Shown here in pieces: positions 49,602 to 59,386 of a stretch of DNA of 64,000 bases (the first letter of the stretch is position 1; every line of letters begins with the position of its first letter). The notes beneath the pieces were generated by a model that was given only the letters and a program-made list of their open reading frames with translations, made no database searches and was not told the origin of the DNA. The stretch is taken from NCBI GenBank assembly GCA_963752475.1, contig CAVVYR010000029.1, forward strand, positions 96,001 through 160,000, written 5' to 3'. The position numbers and the translations under genes are program-made. The stretch comes from an uncultured Chloroflexia bacterium (lineage in GTDB: Bacteria; Chloroflexota; Limnocylindria; Limnocylindrales; CSP1-4).

Positions 49602-50348
49602 CTAGATCGAGAGCCCCGCCTCCAGAGCCACGCGGATCATGACGTCGGTGGCCTTTTCGAGTGCGTCCAGAGATAGGTAGGTGTCACCGATCTCCTCCTC
49701 CTCGGACATCGTGTCCGAGACGGTCAGGATGCAGGCCGCACGGACATCATCGCCCGCGGCGTACGCCCGTGACGCGAGTGTGAACAGCGCCGCCGCCTCC
49801 ATCTCCACGCCGAGGATGTTGCGCGCCCGCCACTTGGGGACGTAGTCGGGGTCGGGGTTATAGAACACGTCGACCGTCAGGATCTGGCCGACGTGGACGT
49901 TGGCGTCCTGGGCTCGAGCGGCATCGACGAGCGCGCGGGTGAGGTCGAAGTCGGCCGCCGGCGCGTAGGCGTCACCGTGCAGGTACGTGGCCGTGGAGCC
50001 GTCGTCAGGCGTGGCCGCGGTGCCCACGATGAGATCGGCCGAGCGCACGCCGCGTCCGATGCCGCCGGTCGTGCCCACACGCACGAGCCGCTTGGCACCG
50101 AGGTTCAGCAGCTCCTCGACGATGATCGAGGTCGAGGGCGTGCCCATGCCGGTCGTCTGGACGCTGACGGGCTTGCCCTGGTAGGTGCCGGTGTAGCCGA
50201 GCATGCCACGGTGGTCGTTGACCAGCCTGGACTGCTCCAGGCCGCCGTCGAACAGCTCGGCGATACGCGTGGCGCGATTGGGATCGCCCGGCAGCAGCAC
50301 CAGCGGGGCGTAGTCGCCGACCTCGGCGCGCAGATGGATCTGGGTCAT
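49602..50348 (-). CDS. deoD: Purine nucleoside phosphorylase, DeoD type
   Basis: IHL.A, LPGDP.RA, RGMLGYTG, GMG.PS, RVGT, D.FY, VEMEAA, TVSD. Confidence 0.93.
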   Translation of the reverse strand: MTQIHLRAEVGDYAPLVLLPGDPNRATRIAELFDGGLEQSRLVNDHRGMLGYTGTYQGKPVSVQTTGMGTPSTSIIVEELLNLGAKRLVRVGTTGGIGRGVRSADLIVGTAATPDDGSTATYLHGDAYAPAADFDLTRALVDAARAQDANVHVGQILTVDVFYNPDPDYVPKWRARNILGVEMEAAALFTLASRAYAAGDDVRAACILTVSDTMSEEEEIGDTYLSLDALEKATDVMIRVALEAGLSI

Positions 50349-50459
50349 GTATCTCTCCCCCGGCAGCGGCCGTGGCTCTCTCCGACAGGCGCAGAGTCTA
50401 GCCCGCCTCGCGCCGTAGAATCGAATCCCAAGCACAAGTACGCAACGTGAAGCGAGGTC

Positions 50460-50879
50460 GTGGTGGCAGAACGGATCGAAGGGTGGGCCCGGGAGATGCT
50501 CGAGCGAGGGGACGTCTATGGGACGCTGGCCACCATCTCGGCCGACGGCTCGCCCTTCCAGGCCGTCGTCTGGTTCCTCGTCCGCGGTGAAACGCTGGTC
50601 GTCAACTCCAGGGTCGGCCGTGTCTGGCCCACGAACGTGTTGCGCGATCCACGCGTGAGCCTCGTCGTCGAAGACGGCTACGACTGGGTCGGTGTCCGCG
50701 GCCGGGCAGAGGCCGTCACCGACGGGGCCACCGCACAGGCCGACATCGCCGAGATGGCCCGCCGCTACAACGCCGGCGACCCGGCCAGGGCCGAACGCAT
50801 GATCGCCGCCTTCGAGGCCGAGGAACGCATCACGTTCGTCATCCACGTCGAGCGTGTCACCGAGCACCCCGACGCTTGA
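50460..50879 (+). CDS. PPOX-class split-barrel F420-dependent oxidoreductase
   Basis: LATI..DGSP...VWF, N..RDPRVSL, V.VRG.A, ER; lies directly upstream of cofD. Confidence 0.87.
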   Translation: MVAERIEGWAREMLERGDVYGTLATISADGSPFQAVVWFLVRGETLVVNSRVGRVWPTNVLRDPRVSLVVEDGYDWVGVRGRAEAVTDGATAQADIAEMARRYNAGDPARAERMIAAFEAEERITFVIHVERVTEHPDA

Positions 50880-51862
50880 GTGACGACCAGCGTTCCCGGA
50901 TCGTCGTCCTCGCTGGAGGCTACGGCGGAGCCAAGCTGAGCCATGGCTTGGCGCTCGTCTCGGAGGCTCGTGAGACTGCCGGAGGATCGCGTTTGGACCT
51001 CTCGGTCATCGTCAACACCGGCGACGACCTCGAGCTGCACGGCCTGACGGTCTCGCCGGACCTCGACACCGTCATGTATACGCTCGCCGGGTTGGCCAAC
51101 GACGAGACCGGCTGGGGCTTGCGCGACGAGACGTGGTCGACCGGGGCCATGCTCGAGCGATACGGGGCGGAGACCTGGTTCGGGCTGGGCGACCGAGACA
51201 TGGCCACGCACATCCGGCGGACCCAACTGCGCCGCGGCGGGGCGACACTGACCGAGGCCACGGCCGAGCTGTCTGCGCGGCTCGACGTGCCCGCGACCCT
51301 GCTGCCGATGACCGATGACGAGGTACGCACCGAGATCCGCACCCCCGACGGCTGGCTCGAGTTCCAGGAGTACTTCGTCAAGCGTGGGCAGGAGGACGAG
51401 GTCCTGGAGATCCGTCGGCTGGGCGTCGAGGAGGCCCGACCGACCCCGCAGGTGCTCGCCGCGGTGTCGAGCGCGGAGCTCATCGTCATCGCGCCCTCGA
51501 ACCCGTTCGTCTCGGTGGGCACGATCCTGGCCCTGCCCGGGATGCTCCAGGCACTGCGGGGTGCCGCAGCGCCGGTCGTGGCCGTGAGCCCGGTGGTCGG
51601 CGGCGCGGCGCTCCGCGGTCCAGCCGACAAGATGCTGCGCTCGCTGGGCGGGACCGCCTCCGCGTCAGGCGTGGTCGTGCACTATCGCGAGCGCTACCCC
51701 GACCTCGTCGACGTCTTCGTGCTGGACGAGACCGATGCCGCCGAGGTGCCGGCGCTGGAGGCGTCCGGCGCCCGCATCGAGCTGCTGCCCACGGTCATGC
51801 GCTCGTATGACGACCGCCAGGCGCTGGCACAGGCCATCCTCGACGCCCACCTTCCCGGCTGA
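50876..51862 (+). CDS. cofD: 2-phospho-L-lactate/PEP transferase (F420 biosynthesis)
   Basis: LAGG.GGAK, VNTGDD, SPDLDTVMY, WF.LGDRD.ATH, FQEYFV, PSNP.VS, VSP, GPA.K. Confidence 0.96.
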   Translation: MSDDQRSRIVVLAGGYGGAKLSHGLALVSEARETAGGSRLDLSVIVNTGDDLELHGLTVSPDLDTVMYTLAGLANDETGWGLRDETWSTGAMLERYGAETWFGLGDRDMATHIRRTQLRRGGATLTEATAELSARLDVPATLLPMTDDEVRTEIRTPDGWLEFQEYFVKRGQEDEVLEIRRLGVEEARPTPQVLAAVSSAELIVIAPSNPFVSVGTILALPGMLQALRGAAAPVVAVSPVVGGAALRGPADKMLRSLGGTASASGVVVHYRERYPDLVDVFVLDETDAAEVPALEASGARIELLPTVMRSYDDRQALAQAILDAHLPG

Positions 51863-51896
51863 CCAGGCACCGAGCCCGACTACCATTCCCCTACCC

Positions 51897-52604
51897 ATGA
51901 CCGACGACCGACCGACCCCCACGACCGCACTCGAGCCCATCCATGTCGTACTGCCCATGCGCACGGTGTCGGGTGGCAAGGCCCGCCTCGGTGAGGCCCT
52001 CGACGCCGAGGAACGCGCGGAGCTGGTGCTGGGCCTGCTGCTGAACACGCTGGCCGTGCTCGGCGCGTGGCCCATCTGTCATCGCATCCATCTCGTCAGC
52101 CCCGATCCGGTGCTGGGCGCAGCCACGACCCAGGCGGGCGTGGACGTGTCGGTACTGCGGCAGGAGGGCGAGGGACTCAACGAAGGCATCGGCCTGGGCA
52201 TCAGCGCGGCACGTGTCGAAGACGCGGCCAGCCTGCTGGTGTTGCCGGGCGATCTGCCATACCTCTCGGTCGAGGCCCTCGACGAGTTGCTCATCGCGGC
52301 TGACGCGGGCGTGGTCGCGGCTGCCGGTGGACCGCTCATGGCCATCGTGCCGTCGGATGCCGGTGGTGGCACCAACGCGCTGTTGCTGCGACCGCCGGAT
52401 GCCATCGCGCCGGCCTTCGGACCCGGCAGCTTCGAGGCGCACCTGCGTGCAGCCGAGGCCGCCGGCGCCGCGGTCCAGGTCGTGAGCGACGCCGTGCTCG
52501 GTTTCGACCTCGACACGCCCGACGACCTGGAGCGGCTGGACCAGGAACGACTGCGTGCGCTGACCGCCCTGGGGCGCGGTGCTGTCGACGGAGTCGGCGT
52601 GTGA
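51897..52604 (+). CDS. cofC: Phospholactate/PEP guanylyltransferase (F420 biosynthesis)
   Basis: P.R....GK.RL, GLN, LPGDLP, GGTNALL, FG..SF..H, DLDTPDDL. Confidence 0.93.
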   Translation: MTDDRPTPTTALEPIHVVLPMRTVSGGKARLGEALDAEERAELVLGLLLNTLAVLGAWPICHRIHLVSPDPVLGAATTQAGVDVSVLRQEGEGLNEGIGLGISAARVEDAASLLVLPGDLPYLSVEALDELLIAADAGVVAAAGGPLMAIVPSDAGGGTNALLLRPPDAIAPAFGPGSFEAHLRAAEAAGAAVQVVSDAVLGFDLDTPDDLERLDQERLRALTALGRGAVDGVGV

Positions 52605-53374
52605 GCGGTCGGCTGACCGCGGTGGCGCTGCCGGCGCTGCCCGAGATCCGCCCGGGAGACGACCTGGGGCGCCTCATCGCTGAAGCCTGGTGGGCGCTCA
52701 TCTCCGAGGACGCCGCGCTAGGGCCCCAGGTCGGAGACGTCATCGTCGTGACCCAGAAGGTCGTCTCGAAGGCCGAGGGACGCATCGTCGACCTCGCCAC
52801 CATCGAGCCACGTCCCGAAGCGGTGGAGTGGGCGGGGCAGTGGGGCAAGGACGCACGGCAGATCGAGGTGGTCCTGCGCGAGTCGGCCGAGATCGTGCGC
52901 ATGGACCACGGCGTCATCATCAGCCGCACCCGCCATGGCTTCGTCTGCGCCAACGCCGGCGTCGATGCCTCCAACGTCGGTGCCGGGGATGTGGTCACGC
53001 TCCTGCCCGACGACCCCGACCGTTCCGCGCTCGGTCTGCGCCACTCGCTCCTCGAAGAGCTGGGCATCGACATCGGCGTGGTGGTCTCCGATTCGTTCGG
53101 CCGGCCCTGGCGGCTGGGCATCACCGACATCGCACTCGGGGTGTCAGGCTTCGCGCCGCTTGCCGACCTGCGCGGGGAGGTCGATACCGAGGGTCGCGCG
53201 ATGAAGGCCACCGTCGTCGCCGTGGCCGACCAACTGGCCTCGACCGCGGAGCTCGCCAGCGGTAAGACCAGCCGACGCCCGGTCGTGCTCATCCGCGGTG
53301 TCGAGCTGCCACCCGGATCGGGGTCGGTCGCCGATGACGTGGTCATGCCCCCCGAGCAGGACCTCTTCCGCTAG
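52601..53374 (+). CDS. cofE: Coenzyme F420-0:L-glutamate ligase (single domain)
   Basis: PEI.PGDDL, QKVVSKAEGR, ANAGVD.SN, LP.DPD.SA, DSFGRPWR.G, AVAD.LA. Confidence 0.96.
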   Translation: MSGRLTAVALPALPEIRPGDDLGRLIAEAWWALISEDAALGPQVGDVIVVTQKVVSKAEGRIVDLATIEPRPEAVEWAGQWGKDARQIEVVLRESAEIVRMDHGVIISRTRHGFVCANAGVDASNVGAGDVVTLLPDDPDRSALGLRHSLLEELGIDIGVVVSDSFGRPWRLGITDIALGVSGFAPLADLRGEVDTEGRAMKATVVAVADQLASTAELASGKTSRRPVVLIRGVELPPGSGSVADDVVMPPEQDLFR

Positions 53375-53417
53375 CGCGGTGATGGAGGCCATGGGCCGGC
53401 CTCGCTAGACTGCGGGC

Positions 53418-54338
53418 ATGAAGCTCGGACTGCAGATCGCCAAGTTCACCTGGAGCGGTGGCGACGCCGCCATCGCCGGCACCTTCGCGGACATCGTGCG
53501 CACGGCCGACGAGGCCGGCTTCGACTCCATCTGGGTCATGGATCACTTCCTCCAGATCGGCTCGGTGGGCAAGCCCGAGGAACCCATGCTGGAGGGCATG
53601 ACCACCCTCGGCTACGCGGCCGCGCTGACCCGGCGCGCACGCCTGGGGCTGATGGTCGGCGGCATCCACTATCGCACCGCGGGGCTATGGGTCAAGGCCG
53701 CCACCACGCTCGATGTGCTCAGCGGCGGCCGCTCGTACTTCGGCATCGGCGCGGCCTGGAACGAGCAGGAGTCGCAGGCCTGGGGCTTCCCCATGCCCCC
53801 GCTCGGGCAGCGCTTCGAGATGCTGGAGGAGACGCTGCAGCTGGCGCGTGCGGCATGGACCGGCGAGCAAGGCAGGCGCGAGCGGTTCGAAGGCCGCCAC
53901 TATCAGGCCGGCGATCCGCTCAACGCCCCGCAGGCGCTGAGCAAGCCGCGCCCGCCCATCCTCATCGGGGGTGGTGGCGAGCGACGCACGCTCAAGCTGG
54001 TGGCGAAGTACGCCGATGCCTGCAACGTCTTCGGCACCGATGTGGCCCAGCTGCGGCACAAGTACGACGTCCTGCGAGGCCACTGTGAGACCGTCGGACG
54101 CGACTATGCCGAGATCGAGAAGTCGTTCCTGACGGAGGTCTCCATCACGCCCGATGGTGCCCGTCGCTCGCACACACCCGACGCCCTGGTCGAACGCCTC
54201 GGCCGTACCGCCGAGGCCGGAGCGCAGCATGCGATCGTGGGCGTGCGTGACGTGGCGGACCTCTCCAAGCTCGAGCTCATCGGCCGCGACGTCATCCCGC
54301 AGCTGCGCGGTATCGGCGAACCCTCTCCCATCAGCTGA
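53418..54338 (+). CDS. LLM-class F420-dependent oxidoreductase
   Basis: GFDSIWVMDHF.QI, PMLEG.TTL, TTLDVLSGGR, GIGAAW, IGGGGE..TL.LVA.YADACN. Confidence 0.93.
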   Translation: MKLGLQIAKFTWSGGDAAIAGTFADIVRTADEAGFDSIWVMDHFLQIGSVGKPEEPMLEGMTTLGYAAALTRRARLGLMVGGIHYRTAGLWVKAATTLDVLSGGRSYFGIGAAWNEQESQAWGFPMPPLGQRFEMLEETLQLARAAWTGEQGRRERFEGRHYQAGDPLNAPQALSKPRPPILIGGGGERRTLKLVAKYADACNVFGTDVAQLRHKYDVLRGHCETVGRDYAEIEKSFLTEVSITPDGARRSHTPDALVERLGRTAEAGAQHAIVGVRDVADLSKLELIGRDVIPQLRGIGEPSPIS

Positions 54339-54416
54339 TGGATCTCCGTCACACCGCTGACACGACCACCACAAGATACTCCCGGGGAGTATGAAGGAAG
54401 GTATAGGATAGAGCCG

Positions 54417-55535
54417 ATGAACGACGACAAGAAGGCAGGCTTCGGGGGCCTGCAGATCATCGACGACGGCGACGCCCAAGCGGCGCCACTGGCTCCGATC
54501 GCCCCGATCGCGATGGAGCAGCCGGCTGACGCCACTCCGGTGGCGGCGGGCTCGTCCGGAGGGGCCCACGCGAAGGTGCTCATCATCGGCAGCGGTCCAG
54601 CCGGCCTGACCGCGGCCATCTACGCTGCACGCGCCGACCTGGAGCCCCTGGTCATCGCCGGCTTCGTCCCCGGCGGCCAGCTCATGATCACCAGCGAGGT
54701 CGAGAACTTCCCCGGCTTCCCCGAGGGCATCGATGGACCCGCGCTCATGGCCGACATGCGTGCCCAGGCGGAGCGCTTCGGTGCCCGCATGTACGACGTG
54801 GACGTGGAGTCGGTCGATTTCAGCGAGCGTCCCTTCAGGGTCACCGCTGGCGGCACGCGATACTCCGCCGACTCGATCATCGTGGCCACCGGCGCCAGCG
54901 CCATTTGGCTCGACCTCGAGAACGAGACGCGGCTACGCGGCCGCGGCGTGTCGGCCTGCGCCACCTGCGACGGCTTCTTCTTCCGTGACAAGAGGATCGC
55001 GGTCGTGGGCGGCGGCGACAGCGCGCTCGAGGAGGCGCTATTCCTGACGAAGTTCGCCCGTGAAGTGGTGCTCATCCACCGGCGTGACGAGTTCCGCGGC
55101 AGCCGCATCATGCAGAACCGCGCCAGGACCCACGAGAAGATCAGCATCGAGTGGAACACGCAGGTCACCGACGTCCTCGGCGAAGACAAGGTCGAGGGGC
55201 TGGAGTTGACCGACACCCAGTCCGGTGAGAAGCGCGAGATGCCCATCGAGGGCCTCTTCATCGCCATCGGCCACAAGCCCAACACCGATGTCTTCAAGGA
55301 GTACCTCGACATCGACGACAAGGGCTACCTGGAGGTCACCGACCACACGCTGAGCAATGTCGAGGGCGTGTTCGTGGCCGGCGACGTCCACGATCATCGC
55401 TATCGCCAGGCCGTCACCGCCGCCGGTGACGGCTGCCGTGCCGCCATCGACGCGGAACGCTGGCTGGCCGACCAGGACGAGACGGAGTCGACGACCCCGG
55501 GCGCGAGCGAGGCGGTCTCACTGGCCCAGAGCTAG
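54417..55535 (+). CDS. trxB: Thioredoxin-disulfide reductase (NADPH)
   Basis: IIGSGPAG, GGQL, CATCDG, GGGDSA.EEA, HRRDEFR, AGDV.D..YRQA; ~45-aa N-terminal extension. Confidence 0.96.
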   Translation: MNDDKKAGFGGLQIIDDGDAQAAPLAPIAPIAMEQPADATPVAAGSSGGAHAKVLIIGSGPAGLTAAIYAARADLEPLVIAGFVPGGQLMITSEVENFPGFPEGIDGPALMADMRAQAERFGARMYDVDVESVDFSERPFRVTAGGTRYSADSIIVATGASAIWLDLENETRLRGRGVSACATCDGFFFRDKRIAVVGGGDSALEEALFLTKFAREVVLIHRRDEFRGSRIMQNRARTHEKISIEWNTQVTDVLGEDKVEGLELTDTQSGEKREMPIEGLFIAIGHKPNTDVFKEYLDIDDKGYLEVTDHTLSNVEGVFVAGDVHDHRYRQAVTAAGDGCRAAIDAERWLADQDETESTTPGASEAVSLAQS

Positions 55536-55579
55536 CCGGAGGAGCTCCGCACTGGTGCGGACGCTGGTTTCGACTCGTA

Positions 55580-55644
55580 GGTCGCCATCTGTCCTGGCCG
55601 GCGGGTTCCCGTAGCGAAGGGCGGACCGGCCGCGGATGGCGACC
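55580..55644. other. Extended stem-loop between convergent trxB and sulfotransferase genes
   Basis: GGTCGCCATC...GATGGCGACC outer stem, GGCCGG/CCGGCC inner stem, CGGG-TT-CCCG. Confidence 0.45.
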
Positions 55645-55654
55645 GTGGCTTGGG

Positions 55655-56599
55655 TCAGCCCCTTTCGTAGCCCATCTCAGTGAGGCGACGCCCCAGCAGT
55701 CGTTCGATGGCAGCTTGCGCGCCAGGGTCGATGTCGTCGCGCCAGCGTTCGGCCGCACCAGCGTCGAAGCCGGCGGAGCCGACGCGCGCACCCTTCGAGG
55801 TAACCTTCTGCTCCAGCATGCGCGGCTCCGCGCGCACGCCCAGGAACGCACACACGTCATCGAGCGACTCCTCGGGGGCCGATACGACATCCTCGAAACG
55901 AACCACGCCGTACCGCCCCGGGAACCGACGCGCCAGCACGCGGTGTCGATGGACGGCGCGCGCCCAGGCCCACACCACCTCCAGCAGCACGAAGCGCGAC
56001 AGCAGTGGTGGCACGGCCGCAAGCTGGCGATACGGGAAGCCGACCGCGCGGTCGGCACGCCGCCGCAGCTCGGAGACGTAGATCGCGCGTGGGTCTCGCA
56101 CGCAGTGGATGACCCGCCCGTCGGGGAACCACTCGAGCAGCGTCTCCACGTAGTCGAGGTGGGCCGGGGTCTTCTCCCCGATGATGGCGTTGCCCCGGCG
56201 ATCGGCGTAGATGCGCATGAAAGCCTCGAAGAGACCGCGCTCGCTGCGATCGGACGCGAGCAGGTAGGCCTCGATGTCCTCACGCGGGACCTTGTGCGTG
56301 AGCCAGCGCCAGTACGGGCTCAGCTCACGCAGCTTCGAGCGTCGCTGCAGCTCGCCCGAGTAGATGAGCTCGACCAGCGCGCGCACGTTGGCGTCGTCGC
56401 GAAGGTCGCCGAGCCGTCGGAAGTAATGACGGGTGCCCTCCCACGGCAGCAGGTGCCCCAGGAAGTGGTTCTCGGTGATGATGCCGATGCGGCTGTGCTT
56501 GTCGAGGATGCGCCGCATGAGGGTCGTGCCGCTGCGGCTGACACCCACGATGAAGATGGCTTCGGGCTCACCGGGGAGCCGATCCGGTCGTTCGTCCAC
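55655..56599 (-). CDS. Sulfotransferase family protein
   Basis: FIVG.SRSGTT, GEKTP, RDPR, VRFED.V..P. Confidence 0.9.
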   Translation of the reverse strand: MDERPDRLPGEPEAIFIVGVSRSGTTLMRRILDKHSRIGIITENHFLGHLLPWEGTRHYFRRLGDLRDDANVRALVELIYSGELQRRSKLRELSPYWRWLTHKVPREDIEAYLLASDRSERGLFEAFMRIYADRRGNAIIGEKTPAHLDYVETLLEWFPDGRVIHCVRDPRAIYVSELRRRADRAVGFPYRQLAAVPPLLSRFVLLEVVWAWARAVHRHRVLARRFPGRYGVVRFEDVVSAPEESLDDVCAFLGVRAEPRMLEQKVTSKGARVGSAGFDAGAAERWRDDIDPGAQAAIERLLGRRLTEMGYERG

Positions 56600-56628
56600 G
56601 TCCTCTCGAGTCTAGCGGTGGCCGACTG

Positions 56629-58503
56629 ATGGGCTTCGGCCGAGGAGGACGTGGCAGCTTCGCCGGGACCGACTTCGAACCCGTGCCCGCCGAGCGGCGC
56701 GGACAGACCGTGCGGCGCATCGCCGGCTTCTTCGCCCCCTACCGCTGGCAGGTCCTGCTGGTGCTGGTCTCGATCACCGCGACGAGCCTGCTGGGCGTGG
56801 TCACGCCCTTCCTGCTCAAGCTGCTGCTCGACGTGGCCATCCCCGAGCAGGACTTCTTCCTGCTCAACGTGCTCGTCGTGTTCATGATCGTCATCCCCGT
56901 GGTCAACGGGCTCATCGGCGTCGGCCAGACGTACGTCAACAACCGGGTCGGCCAATCGGTCATGCAGGACCTGCGCGATGCGGTCTACGAGCACCTCCAG
57001 CGCATGCCCTTGCGCTTCTTCACCGAGACCCGCACCGGCGAGATCCAGAGCCGTATCGCCAACGACGTCGGCGGGGTCCAGTCGGTCGTCACCGACACGG
57101 CCAGCTCGGTCTTCAGCAACCTCACCATCGTGGTCATCACGCTGCTGGCCATGGTCCTGTTGGACTGGCGCCTGACAGCGGTCTCGCTGACCATCCTGCC
57201 CTTCTTCATGTACCTCACCTTCCGCGTGGGCAAGGTCCGGCGAGAGGCCTCGAAACAGACCCAGAAGTCGATGGCCGACATGTCCGCCATCACCGAGGAG
57301 ACCCTCTCGGTCAGCGGCATCCTCCTCTCCAAGACCTTCGGACAGCAGAGCGCAGCTGTGGAGCGCTTCCGCGAGGCCAACGCCAAGCTGGCGCGACTGC
57401 AGCTGCGGCAGTCGCTCGTGGGCCGCTGGTTCTTCATGCTCGTGGGGACGGTCTTCAGCGTCATGCCCGCGGTGGTCTACTGGATCGCCGGCGTGCTGGT
57501 CATCGAGGGGGACCCCAGTGCACCCAGCGTGGGCGACATCGTGGCCTTCACCACGCTGCAGGCGCGACTCTTCTTCCCGCTGGGCCAGCTGCTCAACGTA
57601 CAGGTGGAGGTGCAGGGCGCGCTGGCGCTCTTCGACCGTATCTTCGAGTACCTCGACATGGAGCCGGAGATCGTCGACAAGCCCGATGCTCGGGCGCTAC
57701 GGGCGGGTACGCTCGACGGGCGGGTGCGCTTCCGCCACGTCTTCTTCAGCTACCCCGACGTACCCGTCGAGGCGCCCGACGAAGCCGCTCCCACCGGTGG
57801 CACGCCGTTCAACCTGCGGGACATCGACTTCGAGGTCGAGCCGGGGCAGCTGGTGGCGCTGGTGGGGCCCTCGGGCTCGGGAAAGACGACCTCGACGTAC
57901 CTGCTGCCGCGACTCTACGACGTGGCGTCGGGCGCGGTCGAGATCGACGGCCACGACGTGCGCGACGTGCAGCTGGCGAGCCTCGGCGACGTCATCGGCT
58001 TCGTCACCCAGGAGGCCTACCTCTTCCATGCCACGGTGCGCGAGAACCTGGCCTACGCCAAGCCCGCTGCCACCGACCGTGAGCTGCAGGCGGCGGCACG
58101 CCTCGCTGCCATCCACGACCGCATCCGCGAGCTGCCCGAGGGCTACGACACCGTCGTGGGCGAGCGCGGCTACAAGCTCTCCGGTGGCGAGAAGCAGCGC
58201 ATCGCGCTGGCCCGCGTCTTGCTGAAGGATCCGCGCATCCTCGTGCTCGACGAGGCCACTAGCGCACTGGACACGGTCAGCGAGCGCCTCATCCAGCGGG
58301 CCATCGAGGCCACCATGCGCGGTCGCACCACGCTGGCCATCGCGCATCGGCTCTCGACGATCCTGCGGGCCGACCTCATCCTCGTCTATGAGGCGGGGCG
58401 CATCGTGGAGCGGGGTACGCATGCCCAGCTGCTGGCGCAGAACGGCGTCTATGCGCAGCTCTACCACGAGCAGTTCGAGGCCACGGCCCCAGGACTCAGC
58501 TAG
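56629..58503 (+). CDS. ABC exporter, fused permease/ATPase (MsbA-like)
   Basis: 6-TM domain; GPSGSGKT, LSGGEKQR, LDEATSALD, AHRLST. Confidence 0.95.
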   Translation: MGFGRGGRGSFAGTDFEPVPAERRGQTVRRIAGFFAPYRWQVLLVLVSITATSLLGVVTPFLLKLLLDVAIPEQDFFLLNVLVVFMIVIPVVNGLIGVGQTYVNNRVGQSVMQDLRDAVYEHLQRMPLRFFTETRTGEIQSRIANDVGGVQSVVTDTASSVFSNLTIVVITLLAMVLLDWRLTAVSLTILPFFMYLTFRVGKVRREASKQTQKSMADMSAITEETLSVSGILLSKTFGQQSAAVERFREANAKLARLQLRQSLVGRWFFMLVGTVFSVMPAVVYWIAGVLVIEGDPSAPSVGDIVAFTTLQARLFFPLGQLLNVQVEVQGALALFDRIFEYLDMEPEIVDKPDARALRAGTLDGRVRFRHVFFSYPDVPVEAPDEAAPTGGTPFNLRDIDFEVEPGQLVALVGPSGSGKTTSTYLLPRLYDVASGAVEIDGHDVRDVQLASLGDVIGFVTQEAYLFHATVRENLAYAKPAATDRELQAAARLAAIHDRIRELPEGYDTVVGERGYKLSGGEKQRIALARVLLKDPRILVLDEATSALDTVSERLIQRAIEATMRGRTTLAIAHRLSTILRADLILVYEAGRIVERGTHAQLLAQNGVYAQLYHEQFEATAPGLS

Positions 58504-58547
58504 ATCCCAAGGGGCCTTGTCGAGCCGTGCGTCGACGATCGGGCCGC

Positions 58548-58757
58548 CTACTCGCGTGTGGGAGCGAAGTCCTCCGGGTCCAGTCTGGCGCCGGCGTCGA
58601 GGTAGCGGCCGCCGGGGTGGATGGTGCAACGCACGCCGACGCGACCATCAGACAGACCCTCGGCCTGCCAGTGGCAGAAGCGCACGCTGCCGTCGTTGAG
58701 GTGGCAGCGGGAGCCGGTCTCGGTGAGTCGGACGGCAAAGCCGGCGGCTGTGGCCAT
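58548..58757 (-). CDS. Small hypothetical Cys/His protein (69 aa)
   Basis: SD GAGGAG then ATG 58757; MATAAGFAVRL...RCH...FCH...CTIH; fills the intergenic gap. Confidence 0.6.
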   Translation of the reverse strand: MATAAGFAVRLTETGSRCHLNDGSVRFCHWQAEGLSDGRVGVRCTIHPGGRYLDAGARLDPEDFAPTRE

Positions 58758-58835
58758 CCACTCCTCGCGCTCGTCTGTGGGACGCGCGCGTCGCCAAGGC
58801 AGTCTCTTCATCCGATCTTCGGGCATGCTGGGGAC

Positions 58836-59315
58836 ATGATTAAGCATGCGACCGTTCGCTGGCACGGCGAACTCGACTTCGACGCCACCGACGAGGATGG
58901 CGCCATCGTGCCCATGTCCCCCAAGGACGACGTCTTCGGCCCCAGCCTCATGCTGCTCGCTGCCGTGGGCGGCTGTACCGGCATGGACGTGGTCAGCATC
59001 ATGACCAAGAAGAAGGTCGACTTCGACTCGTACCAGGTCGAGGTCAGCGCGGAGCAGCGCGAGGCCTACCCGCAGTCGTACAGCTCGATCACCGTCGAGC
59101 ACATCGTCCAGGGAACGAACGTCTCGGACAAAGCCGTCTCGCGCGCGATCGAGCTGTCGGCCCGCACGTACTGCATGGTCGGCGCCACCATCGCCACCGG
59201 CGACTGCGCCATCAACCACCGCATGCGCATCACCGACGAGGCCGGCGAGCGCACCTGCGACTGCCTCACCGTCGGCCCGAGGGGTGCCGGCCTCAGCCAC
59301 TACGAGAACGCGTAG
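58836..59315 (+). CDS. OsmC family protein (YhfA-like)
   Basis: P..MLL.A.GGCTGMDV.SI..K, A.ELS...YC.V. Confidence 0.9.
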   Translation: MIKHATVRWHGELDFDATDEDGAIVPMSPKDDVFGPSLMLLAAVGGCTGMDVVSIMTKKKVDFDSYQVEVSAEQREAYPQSYSSITVEHIVQGTNVSDKAVSRAIELSARTYCMVGATIATGDCAINHRMRITDEAGERTCDCLTVGPRGAGLSHYENA

Positions 59316-59386
59316 CACCCTCCCACACACGAGAAGACGGCCGGCCGGCTCGGTGCCGATCGGGCGCTCATCTCGATGCCCGGCGT

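Noticed and set aside
54417-55535. F420-dependent thioredoxin reductase, given its position next to cof genes
   Set aside because: The canonical NADPH-binding GGGDSA and HRRxxxR motifs are intact, and it has its own promoter.
55550-55580. tmRNA-like 5' end (CTGGTTTCGAC)
   Set aside because: No GGGG acceptor start, no T-arm/CCA end, and only ~120 bp available.
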